Below are positions 18,151 through 27,436 of a stretch of DNA of 64,000 nt, one piece after another. The notes under the pieces were generated by a model. The model was not told the DNA's origin. It saw only the letters and a program-made list of their open reading frames with translations, and did not search any database. How positions within the stretch are numbered: the first letter of the stretch is position 1; every line of letters starts with the position of its first letter. Origin of the DNA: a virus; the IMG/VR virus record IMGVR_UViG_3300009788_000087. One strand, 5' to 3'. Made by a program: the position numbers and the translations under genes.

Positions 18151-18550
18151 TCCTTACCTTATAAGTCTGCGGACCGGACGCATCAGTTATCAGGCACTTA
18201 CCAACGTTAGACACGAGATCCCACGCGCATGATGGGTGCCAATAACTTTCAAGCAAACCCTGCACCTTTGATCGCATAAAATCATTCTCACTGAATAAGA
18301 TGATTGTCCCTACATTTATACAACATAGATGCCCGATGAGTTCGTCGGTCAACTCGACACCCCTTACAAAGATCTTATCGTAGACCTTCGAGTAGTTGAG
18401 ATCAGATACGTCTTCTACATGATCCAATTCAGCTACATACTTCTTCATGAACGACATTGGATCTGCACCAAGGAACAGCATCCTATCAGAAGACCTAACT
18501 CCTGTCACGTCAGAGACGTCATCACATTTGCTATACGGATTCTTTGTCAC
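18128..18550 (-). CDS. hypothetical protein
   Basis: 140-aa ORF overlapping both neighbours. Confidence 0.6.
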   Translation of the reverse strand: MTKNPYSKCDDVSDVTGVRSSDRMLFLGADPMSFMKKYVAELDHVEDVSDLNYSKVYDKIFVRGVELTDELIGHLCCINVGTIILFSENDFMRSKVQGLLESYWHPSCAWDLVSNVGKCLITDASGPQTYKVRSDDVTFN

Positions 18551-19511
18551 GTTTTTCCTTATGCTCCACTAGTTGTTGAAACATCCACAATAGAGTTTCA
18601 TTCTGTACTGGCAATGATTTTGGTAGTAGTGCACCAGTTCGAAGGCATTCCTCTGCCGTTATTAGAATATCTAGCTCCTCAAGATTACTCAGCGGTGCCA
18701 TCGGTTCAGTGAATTTACCTCGTTTTGGACTAGAATCTTTTATCCACTTCGCATACCTTTGCCTATGTTCATTCAACATCTTCTCTGATAATTCGTAGTG
18801 TCGATCATAGACATGGAGTGAACCAGTTGTGTGATAATACAGACCAAGCTCTAAGTCTGGATAGTGTTTCTTTAGCTCTAATAACATGCACTCTTGAAAG
18901 AGAGTGAACGAGAATAAATCATACGTCAGTCCCCAGTGTACATCATTTGAGCGCATATTGACATGGAGATGTAGCTTATTCTCTCGAATAAAGAATTGAA
19001 GAGAAAGCGTGCACGGTACATCTTTGGATCCTTCAGTATCTGCATTAAACTGATGTACTGGTTGGTGGATTTGCAACACTGCTCTTCTGCTATCTTTGTC
19101 AGATTTAAGCGTGTTAATACAGATTTTCCACTGGTCAACTTTTGCTGCTTTATCTGGTCCTGTTGGTGCCATCCCATGAATGATATGACCATACGCAGAT
19201 ACTACAGTCTTTCCGTCATCTGAAAACTGCGGCATCCTCTTGTTGTAGTACGTCATCTCCTCAAGAGAGTTCGAGCCGCGCCAATACCAAAGGAACTCAC
19301 CGACTGCAAACGCATATTTAGACTTACGGACTTTAGATGATAGTAGTCTGTTACGAGGATCACTGAGGATCAAGCGAGGTACTAAGACTTCTCTTACTTC
19401 AGTGCCACGTGGTTTGCAAACATAGTCAGGGAAAGACATCTCCATGAGGACATCGTACATCAACTCATCGAAGCTATCCTTGACAAACCTATATCCCACC
19501 ATTGGCTTCAT
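18531..19511 (-). CDS. thymidylate synthase homolog, predicted dCMP-modifying (hydroxymethylase-type)
   Basis: GEFLW, DSRRA, catalytic PCT, MRSNDVHWGLTYD with Asp at the Asn177 specificity position, LHVY. Confidence 0.85.
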   Translation of the reverse strand: MKPMVGYRFVKDSFDELMYDVLMEMSFPDYVCKPRGTEVREVLVPRLILSDPRNRLLSSKVRKSKYAFAVGEFLWYWRGSNSLEEMTYYNKRMPQFSDDGKTVVSAYGHIIHGMAPTGPDKAAKVDQWKICINTLKSDKDSRRAVLQIHQPVHQFNADTEGSKDVPCTLSLQFFIRENKLHLHVNMRSNDVHWGLTYDLFSFTLFQECMLLELKKHYPDLELGLYYHTTGSLHVYDRHYELSEKMLNEHRQRYAKWIKDSSPKRGKFTEPMAPLSNLEELDILITAEECLRTGALLPKSLPVQNETLLWMFQQLVEHKEKRDKESV

Positions 19512-20416
19512 GGGTGTATGACCTCAAGCAATTCTTCGATAGTCTTCCTATCAATCGGGTGTCCTGCGGCTCTAGCATGTCCGCCGCCTCCAAACTGTTT
19601 CGCTATCTCTGTTGCGTCCACTTTTTCTGTGCTCCTAATGCTCGCGACACCACCAAAGCTATTCAACTTAATTCCAATCGCCACATCACAATCATGTCGT
19701 TCCATGACACGCTGTAGAAGTTGTGATTGGTGATCGCTACAGAAAACATAGGCACACTTCACACCATCTAACTCTTTAAAGAATGGTTTCTCTGAGTGTT
19801 TCTCAATGTATTTATCTCTCTTGGATTCGAGGACCTTCACGACATTCAAGTCTGCGTCTGTCATTAGTGGATAACATTTCCTAATCCTGTATGTCATCAT
19901 GTCCACGAACTTTTCTTGACCGAAGAAGTTAGCAAAAAGACTGAGCTGATCAGATTTTGGATCCTTTCGTATCCACATGTCACGATCATTGATCATTTCA
20001 GCGAAGTTCCAAACTGCACCCCAATGATCATCAGGTTCACCATTTTCAAACAGATAGTCGTAGAGTAAGAATGTGCCACACTTCTCCATGTTGATGTGAC
20101 ACCAATCTCTGTCTTTAAGATCGAGTGCAGTCTTGTGGTGATCGATGATTGTTATGTCACCGTGGTACAGCTTCTCAAATAGATCAGCTGTCTCAGTATC
20201 ACATGCAACATCAGCTATGATTACACGATCATGTGTCTCAAATACGTCTTGGTTCTTCTTATAGAAATCTCTAACACCATTTCCCGCAGGAACGTAGTGG
20301 ATATTCTCTTTCTTGCCGCCAGCGAGGAGGAACACGACTGCACAACCTGAACCGTCGCTACAACCTTTATGAGTTATTAGTACTGAATTCTTTAGTTCAT
20401 CAGGTTTATATTTCAC
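19508..20416 (-). CDS. DHH/DHHA1 phosphoesterase
   Basis: H...SDG, ADV, DHH, GGGGHARAAG motifs. Confidence 0.9.
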   Translation of the reverse strand: MKYKPDELKNSVLITHKGCSDGSGCAVVFLLAGGKKENIHYVPAGNGVRDFYKKNQDVFETHDRVIIADVACDTETADLFEKLYHGDITIIDHHKTALDLKDRDWCHINMEKCGTFLLYDYLFENGEPDDHWGAVWNFAEMINDRDMWIRKDPKSDQLSLFANFFGQEKFVDMMTYRIRKCYPLMTDADLNVVKVLESKRDKYIEKHSEKPFFKELDGVKCAYVFCSDHQSQLLQRVMERHDCDVAIGIKLNSFGGVASIRSTEKVDATEIAKQFGGGGHARAAGHPIDRKTIEELLEVIHP

Positions 20417-22164
20417 AAATCACACGTGCCATTCTTGCATGAGTCGATTGCAGTGGCTTCTTCCTTTGCAGTCTGTGCATGCTCTACAGCCTTTTCAAGT
20501 GGGATGGGAGTGAGTGGCTGGTCCTCGCGACTCCCATCTGGATATACTGTCATGCCTTTTAATTCAGGCAGAAACTCCATATAAAGATCTGATAACTCCT
20601 CAGCAGATGTATCTGACATTAAGTTGATTGTCTTGCTAACCGCGTTGTCGACGTGTTGTTGGCATGCACGCTGCATTTCAAGATGATCCCGAATTGAGAG
20701 ATCATGCGCACCTTGGAAGTGTGAGACGTCCCTGCCCTCATCGAGGAATCTCTTAAGGAGAGGATGGACAACCACCTCAGTGTCATATTGATTTCCCTCG
20801 TCGACTCTGAAGCGTCTCTCGTATGCAGGGGCAAACATCGGCTCAATGCCAGACGTGACTCCACATACCATAGAAGTTGTGCCTGTCGGTGCGATCGTCA
20901 AGAGTGCAGCATTTCTAATTCCATGTTCTTTAATCTTCCTTCTAATCGTCGGTTTAAGAGTCTTAACAAAATTGGACTTCAAGAATAAGTCTGCTTTAAA
21001 AACTGGAAAACAACCCTTCTCTTTTGCCAACTCCACTGATGCTTCGTATGCATAATTCTTTATAGTCTTCATGAGCTTATCAACAAGCTCCAAACCCTCA
21101 GGACTATTATAACACAAGTCATTCATTAATAACACATCATGTAGTCCCATAATGCCAAGCCCTATCCTTCTAACTTTCTTACATGTTTCAGCAATTTCCG
21201 ATAGTGGATAGTTGTTTACGCTAAGGACGTTGTCAAGAAACCGGACGGCTTTAGATACTGTGTATTTTAAGAGTTTCCAATCTATTCCACCCGTGTCTTT
21301 TACAAAATTGGGTAAAACAAGTGATCCCAAATCACATGCGCCGTACTTAGAAAGCCAGAGCTCGCCGCAAGGATTCGTACTAATGAGTGGTTTCCAGTAC
21401 CAGATGTTGCTCATCCTATTTGCATACCATCCATTAAGAATGCCGGGCTCACCACTCTTCAATGCATTCTTAATGATACGATCCCACAGTTCACGTGCTG
21501 GGATAACGCCGATAGCTTTATCACGATGTTTAAACTCAAATGTGCCACCGTCTCGAACGAGCTTAAAGAAGTCTTCCGGATTCTGGTCAAACACGACTGA
21601 CACATTTGCATTCGTTAATTGATTAAGATCAAGTTTCTTATCAAGAAACTCAAGTAGATCACCGTGTCTAAGATTAAGACAGAGCATAAGCGCTGTTCGA
21701 CGGCCACCACCTGCTTTGATTACATTACCTGCTGCATCGACGATTTCCATAAGAGAAACTGCACCAGTCGCTTTACCACCTGATCCATTAATATCTGTGC
21801 CACGTGGTCTAATAGGCGAGCAGTTCATTCCTACGCCGCCGCCAACGCCTGAGATCACAATCATGTCACTGACAGTCTTTCCCCAGCCTTCGCGACTATC
21901 TTCTGTGGGTATTACAAAACAATTTAACAACTGTCCTTTAGCTCGACCAGATCCTGCCCAAATTCTACCGCCAGGCATGAATAAGTTCTTACTAAGAATA
22001 TCATATGAGTCATCTCTAAATTTTAGAATGTCATCACCCTTCTCAGCCATTGAGACATGAGTGGCAACTCGCATGCATGCATCATTCCATGACTCATCAT
22101 CATGAATCGTATATCTTAAGTTGAATATTTCTTTGGCAAGACCAGTAGGTTGGTAACATTCCAT
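20413..22164 (-). CDS. nrdJ: ribonucleotide reductase, probably class II (B12-dependent), no ATP cone
   Basis: PGGR, LLNCF, GGGVG, TNPCGE, RRIGLG, TIAPTGT, C-terminal Cys pair; no beta subunit nearby. Confidence 0.85.
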   Translation of the reverse strand: MECYQPTGLAKEIFNLRYTIHDDESWNDACMRVATHVSMAEKGDDILKFRDDSYDILSKNLFMPGGRIWAGSGRAKGQLLNCFVIPTEDSREGWGKTVSDMIVISGVGGGVGMNCSPIRPRGTDINGSGGKATGAVSLMEIVDAAGNVIKAGGGRRTALMLCLNLRHGDLLEFLDKKLDLNQLTNANVSVVFDQNPEDFFKLVRDGGTFEFKHRDKAIGVIPARELWDRIIKNALKSGEPGILNGWYANRMSNIWYWKPLISTNPCGELWLSKYGACDLGSLVLPNFVKDTGGIDWKLLKYTVSKAVRFLDNVLSVNNYPLSEIAETCKKVRRIGLGIMGLHDVLLMNDLCYNSPEGLELVDKLMKTIKNYAYEASVELAKEKGCFPVFKADLFLKSNFVKTLKPTIRRKIKEHGIRNAALLTIAPTGTTSMVCGVTSGIEPMFAPAYERRFRVDEGNQYDTEVVVHPLLKRFLDEGRDVSHFQGAHDLSIRDHLEMQRACQQHVDNAVSKTINLMSDTSAEELSDLYMEFLPELKGMTVYPDGSREDQPLTPIPLEKAVEHAQTAKEEATAIDSCKNGTCDL

Positions 22165-22188
22165 CTTCTCATCCTCCTTAACGGACTG

Positions 22189-23553
22189 TTACTTAGTATG
22201 TCCTGTTAACTGCTCGAATCTTCCTCTCAACATGCTTGCAACTTGATCTTGCGATGGAGGAAATGCTTCTTCAGGTAGTTCATGCTCAGCCAGAATCCTG
22301 ACCTTTACCGTCGCTGGATCCATTATGAATGGGAATACCATGCCATCAGGACCAAGCCTTGATTTCGCAACAAACAATCTACCAGTATTGTGTCTCTTAT
22401 CCTCTAACTTTCTGCTTACAGTCATGATGAGATCACAGACTGTAGCTTTTGCATACGATTCAGCAATCGCATCGAGTGTAACGATCTCTAAATTGAGACC
22501 ACTGCGATTCGTCTGGTCTGCAGTAACTACAACAATGTTTAATTCCTGTGCAAGACCACGAAGCTCCTCGTATACACCTTCAAGCTCATGTCTCTTTTCA
22601 CCGTAACTCTTACTTGGCTTAAGCAGATCCGCATAATCAATGACAAGCACATCAGGAGCAAAATTATGGAGTGTCTTCAGTCTATTCAGATAACTCCTAA
22701 TCGTCTGAACAGATGCCATCTTCGTTGGGAACTCCTTGATGAAGAGCCTGCCTTTGACAACTGTTCTGGCTTCTTTCTCAACGCGCTGCATCTCGTCAGG
22801 TACGTCATTGATCTTAACACCAGAGAAATACGCGTCATGTCGTAGTCCGACTTTGTAGTCAGCAATCTCCATAGAAACGTAGCATGCGTTGTAACCCTCA
22901 ATGATCGCGCCGGCTGTTACGTTACACAAGAAGTGCGTCTTACCAGCACCAGTAGGTGCGATGAACGTGCTAAGTGTCTTACGCTCCCAGCCTCCACCGA
23001 GAATACTGTTAAGAACAGGCCACGGCGTAGCAAGAGGTACTCGTACACTCTTCTCTGATCTATCCTTAAATCCATCCATGTACTCGTGACCAACGTCACG
23101 TGTAGTTCCTCTACTTGCAGCGTCTGTTATTGTCTTCCACACGCTATCAAACGTACCGGTCTCGATGTGTTCTAATGCTTTGTTAATCCCTTCCAACATC
23201 GCTTGACGTCTACAGAAATCAATTGACGTATCCTGAATGTAGCTCATGTCTCCATTCAAGGGTCTGTCTTTTACATTTTTTAAGAACAATCGAATCTGTG
23301 TTTGAATTACATCGCCAATATCATCATCTTTCTTGATGATGTCAAACAACACTTCATTAGATGGAAACGCGTTATACTTCTGTTTGTATCCAAATAGTAT
23401 GTTAACGATCTCACTAAGATGTTTGTTCTCCTTAAACATCTCAGGTTTAAGGATGTCACCTATCTGCTCAGCATAAAGGTGGTCCTGCATGAGAGCTTGG
23501 ACCACCTTCTCTTGATATCTTTGATCGCCAATTCCATGACGCTCTTCGCTCAT
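22189..23553 (-). CDS. replicative helicase, DnaB/T4 gp41-like
   Basis: APTGAGKT, SME, IDYADLL, QTNRSG, KSRLG. Confidence 0.92.
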   Translation of the reverse strand: MSEERHGIGDQRYQEKVVQALMQDHLYAEQIGDILKPEMFKENKHLSEIVNILFGYKQKYNAFPSNEVLFDIIKKDDDIGDVIQTQIRLFLKNVKDRPLNGDMSYIQDTSIDFCRRQAMLEGINKALEHIETGTFDSVWKTITDAASRGTTRDVGHEYMDGFKDRSEKSVRVPLATPWPVLNSILGGGWERKTLSTFIAPTGAGKTHFLCNVTAGAIIEGYNACYVSMEIADYKVGLRHDAYFSGVKINDVPDEMQRVEKEARTVVKGRLFIKEFPTKMASVQTIRSYLNRLKTLHNFAPDVLVIDYADLLKPSKSYGEKRHELEGVYEELRGLAQELNIVVVTADQTNRSGLNLEIVTLDAIAESYAKATVCDLIMTVSRKLEDKRHNTGRLFVAKSRLGPDGMVFPFIMDPATVKVRILAEHELPEEAFPPSQDQVASMLRGRFEQLTGHTK

Positions 23554-23562
23554 CGCATTACC

Positions 23563-24522
23563 TCAGCTTTTGCTTCTTGCACGAAAATATTGCTCCTTGA
23601 ACATGATAAAAAAATCAGTAGGTTTAAGCTGCAGTTGGTCTTTGAATAGCTGCAGCTTCATGTCCGTTGGTCTGTAGCTGTTTGTCGATTCATCTAATTT
23701 ATATCTTATCGACTTCGCTGCCATCGGATCCATCAGTGGACTTGATAGTTGCATCAAGCGCACATTATTCATAACTATCTCCCGATCTGCAAGGATGCGG
23801 TTGTATTTTGAATTCGCGTCTTTATTCTCCTCGGCGTGATCGAAGATATCATTTGTACATGCAAATCGCTCGGACAGAAATGGGAACAATTTCGTGACAG
23901 ATTTCGGCCCGATGCCTCTGATGCCATCGATATTATCACTCTTGTCTCCCATGAGTGCTTTCATTAGAATATAGTTCTCAGGCAGGATATCGAGTGTTTC
24001 TCTCAGATCACTGGAAGAGAAATATTTCTTCTTGGTAGGTACATAGATTACAGTTTTAGTATCCAACAACTGATAGAAATCCTTGTCACTGGACACGATT
24101 ACTTTCTGGTCATTCTTATCCAATAAGAAGCCCCAAAGATATGCAATCACGTCATCAGCTTCGACTCCCTTAATACGTATACTCGTCAGTGGCAAGAACT
24201 CGAGGTACTTATCAAGCATCTCAAGCTGTCTACGAAAGCTCTCCATCTGCTGATTGGGATCTTCAAAGCTATACTGTCTGTTTACTTTCGGTTTCCTGCC
24301 AGCTTTGTAATCCTTGAAGATTGAACGTCTCTTCAGTGAACCACCTTCTCCGTCCCACACGACGATGATGTGTGTTGGTCTCTGTTCACGTACAAGCTTG
24401 TTCAACCCGATGAGGAAACCTATTGTCCCACCGACATGCTCACCATTCATATCCATTGTAGGGTTAACAGTGAAAGAACGGATGAAAAAATTCAGTCCGT
24501 CTATTAATAGATAACGTCTCAC
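23563..24522 (-). CDS. 5'-3' exonuclease / flap endonuclease (Pol I N-terminal, T4 RNase H-like)
   Basis: IDGLN, WDG, EADD, SSDKDFYQL, GDKSDNIDGIRGIG. Confidence 0.93.
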   Translation of the reverse strand: MRRYLLIDGLNFFIRSFTVNPTMDMNGEHVGGTIGFLIGLNKLVREQRPTHIIVVWDGEGGSLKRRSIFKDYKAGRKPKVNRQYSFEDPNQQMESFRRQLEMLDKYLEFLPLTSIRIKGVEADDVIAYLWGFLLDKNDQKVIVSSDKDFYQLLDTKTVIYVPTKKKYFSSSDLRETLDILPENYILMKALMGDKSDNIDGIRGIGPKSVTKLFPFLSERFACTNDIFDHAEENKDANSKYNRILADREIVMNNVRLMQLSSPLMDPMAAKSIRYKLDESTNSYRPTDMKLQLFKDQLQLKPTDFFIMFKEQYFRARSKS

Positions 24523-24524
24523 AT

Positions 24525-24953
24525 CTAACTCCCAAATAGTGGTTTAGTGCCAGTAGAGAACACAGATGAGATCTTCTTGATGTCTATCCTCTGCACACCA
24601 CTCATTTTTCGTGAAAAGTATGTCCTATACACGTCTTTGTTCCTAATGAAAGGTTTCACAAACTGGATATAGAACTGAACTGGTTCGAGAATGAGAGTGG
24701 GAGGGTCCATCCGCGTTAGGATATCTGTAACCAGCGGAAATCTATGACCCTTTCCCTTTGATTCCGGATCCATAACAACCTTGATTGTTTCACGTTCTGC
24801 GGCTGTCAATCTCTTTAGATCAATAGCATGAACCTTGCCACCCCAATTTGTATGAAGGACAAGTATTTCTTTGTAGATCGATGTTGAACCAGCCCTTGAA
24901 GCAGAACCCATGTAAGTAAATCGTATTACGTCACCAATCTCAAATAGTGCCAT
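24525..24953 (-). CDS. hypothetical protein
   Basis: 142-aa ORF coupled in the replication operon. Confidence 0.65.
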   Translation of the reverse strand: MALFEIGDVIRFTYMGSASRAGSTSIYKEILVLHTNWGGKVHAIDLKRLTAAERETIKVVMDPESKGKGHRFPLVTDILTRMDPPTLILEPVQFYIQFVKPFIRNKDVYRTYFSRKMSGVQRIDIKKISSVFSTGTKPLFGS

Positions 24954-24957
24954 GATA

Positions 24958-25521
24958 TTATCCTGTTAGTTCAAGATCACACTCGACCTCATTGCCCCAT
25001 GAATCCCAACCGTCTGTTTTCTCTCGTGCAAACAGCTCGATGCGCGGTACATAGCTGACAATCTCTATCATCTCTCGCATCTCATCAGGTTTCTGCGAAT
25101 GTCTCTGACGTGGTGCTATGATCGCAGTTCTACCTTGCAGACGACCACCTTCTTCATTTCTTCGATAGGGTAGTCGACCCATGACACCGAACAGACATGA
25201 TTCAGACGCTCCTCTGAAATACTGTCCTAGCCCACACTGCAGTTTCTTGTTAACCTTGACCCAGTCTATCTTCGTAACATACCTGAATCCCCAAGACTGC
25301 ATAATCCTAAGACCGTGTGGCAAGAAGTTATTCGTCACCCACATGTAAAGATGAGAACCTTGTTCATCAGCTATATCACGAACAGGGAGTGCCTCGATCT
25401 CAGCAAGAGACATGACTGGATAGTGTCTATCAGAACCCCAACTTCTTCCTGTCTTATCTTTACCACCAACTTCTTTCCACGGAGGATCAACTAGTATTGT
25501 TCTATATCTCTGATCAGTCAT
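24958..25521 (-). CDS. MT-A70 family N6-adenine methyltransferase
   Basis: ILVDPPW, Y..M...EI..LPV, LYMWVTN, WGF.Y, HSQKP, RIELFAR..GWD.WGNE. Confidence 0.92.
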   Translation of the reverse strand: MTDQRYRTILVDPPWKEVGGKDKTGRSWGSDRHYPVMSLAEIEALPVRDIADEQGSHLYMWVTNNFLPHGLRIMQSWGFRYVTKIDWVKVNKKLQCGLGQYFRGASESCLFGVMGRLPYRRNEEGGRLQGRTAIIAPRQRHSQKPDEMREMIEIVSYVPRIELFAREKTDGWDSWGNEVECDLELTG

Positions 25522-25745
25522 ACAACCTCCGATGGTTTCTTAGGTCTATCTTCGCAGTAACCACAATACTGATCAGAACATTGTTTCTCACGCCATTCAT
25601 CACAGTCTTTGCAGAAATATGCATCATATCGTTCATGACGTATAAGCTTACCATGTTTTTCACACACTTGCTTCTTAAGCGTCAAGCGATTCCATTTCCA
25701 ATGCTGAGTCAGTGTCAATCTCCACTTCAGGAATATCCTGATCAT
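25518..25745 (-). CDS. small Cys-rich (Zn-binding-like) protein
   Basis: CEKH...CKDC...CSDQYCGYC; true start probably MEWNR-region internal codon. Confidence 0.5.
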   Translation of the reverse strand: MIRIFLKWRLTLTQHWKWNRLTLKKQVCEKHGKLIRHERYDAYFCKDCDEWREKQCSDQYCGYCEDRPKKPSEVV

Positions 25746-26841
25746 CGTATTTAATTACCAACAGCTCTTCAAGTTTGCTGTCAATGAATTTCTTAAACTC
25801 TCGATCTCTTAACATCTTGGCCCATTTAGCAGCCCTGAATTTTAATTCACCACTGATGATGCCCTCGTCGGGACCTTTCATGATCATGCAGCCATTTACT
25901 TTTTCAATGACACCGCGCTGCCATAAAAAGTCACGAATGCTATTAGCGTCATCAACACCTGAAGCAAAGAGAATATCGAACTCACACTTTCTCATGGGTG
26001 GACCGAGTCTATTCTTGAAGACCTTCGCATATGTATGGAAACCGAGAGTCTCCTTCAATGCTTTCGCGCCCTCTGCAATCTCCTTAGACTTTGTCAATCT
26101 AATCCTTACGTCGGCATGGTACGGGATCGCCTTGCCGCCAGGAGTTCCCATAGGATCACCAAACATCACACCGATCTTCACCTTGAGCTGGTTCGTAAAA
26201 ACCAGAGTGACCTTGTCATTCCCAATCATTCTCTGAATCTTACGTAGTCCTTTAGCATGTGCCTTGGCTGCGAGTCCAATTCGAGAGTTTGGGTCATAGT
26301 CACCATCAAGTTCTGCTTGAGGTGGTGTCGCAGCAATGGAGTCCCACACGATGCAAACAGGACACTCAACATTTCGTGTCTTTGCCATGAGTATAGTCTT
26401 CTCAATTGCTGCATAACAATCTTCAATAGAACCAGGGTTCATGTAGACAAGCTTATCAATGTCGATGCCCAGTCTTTTCATAAAGTCCGGGCTTGCTGCA
26501 TATTCAGTATCCATATAGATCGCTATGCCGCCTGCTTTCTGTGCATTGGCAAGAATCTGTGTAGCAAGAAGTGATTTACCTGATGCTTCTTCTCCTACGA
26601 TCTCTGTTAACTTGCCTTGCGGAATCCCAACATTTCCTGACTTGTTGGCTATCATCATATCAAGAACTGTAGAACCAGTTGAAATATAGTCCTTTACTTC
26701 TGTCGGGTTCGGATCATTCAGGCTCCACGCGATCGGAAGATCTTCTCCATTGTTCATCTGTTTGATGAGGAACTTCGTTATTGCTCTTTGGTCTTCCTTA
26801 GCTACTGTTACTTCAACAACTTCTTTCTTCTTACGTGCCAT
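25675..26841 (-). CDS. recA: RecA/UvsX recombinase
   Basis: ISTGS..LD, GEEASGKS, VWDSIAA, FTNQL, TPGGKA..Y, KNR..PP. Confidence 0.95.
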   Translation of the reverse strand: MARKKKEVVEVTVAKEDQRAITKFLIKQMNNGEDLPIAWSLNDPNPTEVKDYISTGSTVLDMMIANKSGNVGIPQGKLTEIVGEEASGKSLLATQILANAQKAGGIAIYMDTEYAASPDFMKRLGIDIDKLVYMNPGSIEDCYAAIEKTILMAKTRNVECPVCIVWDSIAATPPQAELDGDYDPNSRIGLAAKAHAKGLRKIQRMIGNDKVTLVFTNQLKVKIGVMFGDPMGTPGGKAIPYHADVRIRLTKSKEIAEGAKALKETLGFHTYAKVFKNRLGPPMRKCEFDILFASGVDDANSIRDFLWQRGVIEKVNGCMIMKGPDEGIISGELKFRAAKWAKMLRDREFKKFIDSKLEELLVIKYDDQDIPEVEIDTDSALEMESLDA

Positions 26842-27351
26842 CTATTCATTCACCACCTTGATCTCTCTTGCTTCCAAGTCCTGAAGATCAAATATAAGGT
26901 TGTCCCAGTCATATGCAATTAACCCAACACTAAGGAAATGCTGGACCGCTGCAGCTCGTTCTAATCCCATGAAGTTATGTGAATACAACAATAAATCTTC
27001 TTGTCTGACATTGATCGTCAAGGCATTCTCATATGCAGACCATCTCACGTCCAACTCGCCATTCGTGACATTACCTGATCTTAAGAAAACACCGAACGGG
27101 TTGTCTGTAAGTTGATCGTCATCATGTTCTTCAAACGGAATGAGACATGAAGCTTTTATGTAAAGACACTCGTCTTCAATTGGAAGTGAAAATGAACTAA
27201 ATAATGCATGATCACTCTGTACTCTACAAACAGATATTAATGTTCTACTTCCATCATCTAAGTCTTCGATTTCGCTACCCTTAGTGTCATCAAAATAAAC
27301 AACGAGTCCATCAAATGGCTTACCAAGATTCTTAATTATAAACTTCTTCAT
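26842..27351 (-). CDS. hypothetical protein
   Basis: ATG at 27351 with GAGGA RBS; acidic. Confidence 0.7.
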   Translation of the reverse strand: MKKFIIKNLGKPFDGLVVYFDDTKGSEIEDLDDGSRTLISVCRVQSDHALFSSFSLPIEDECLYIKASCLIPFEEHDDDQLTDNPFGVFLRSGNVTNGELDVRWSAYENALTINVRQEDLLLYSHNFMGLERAAAVQHFLSVGLIAYDWDNLIFDLQDLEAREIKVVNE

Positions 27352-27367
27352 GTGTTCCTCACGCAAC

Positions 27368-27426
27368 TCAGGTCTAGAGTGACCACTACATCACTAGGCT
27401 GTAGACTTACGCCACCCTAGACCTGA
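27368..27426 (-). other. long intergenic inverted repeat (RNA hairpin)
   Basis: TCAGGTCTAG / CTAGACCTGA perfect 10-bp arms, extendable by 6 bp with G-U pairs, plus inner CTACA/TGTAG stem. Confidence 0.7.
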
Positions 27427-27436
27427 ATATACTTTC

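Noticed and set aside
18531-19511. Annotation as ordinary thyA
   Set aside because: Asp at the specificity position and the glycosyltransferase/kinase context argue against it
19508-20416. DHH phosphoesterase as an anti-CBASS enzyme
   Set aside because: The family is common in phage nucleotide operons and nothing in the sequence indicates cyclic-oligonucleotide specificity
14081-23553. Inteins or introns in dnaE, RNR or helicase
   Set aside because: Lengths are normal, motifs are contiguous and no splice-junction or LAGLIDADG motifs were seen
24525-24953. Remote resemblance to T4 gp2 DNA end protector
   Set aside because: Only a vague pattern match; key motifs are not recognisable without a profile search
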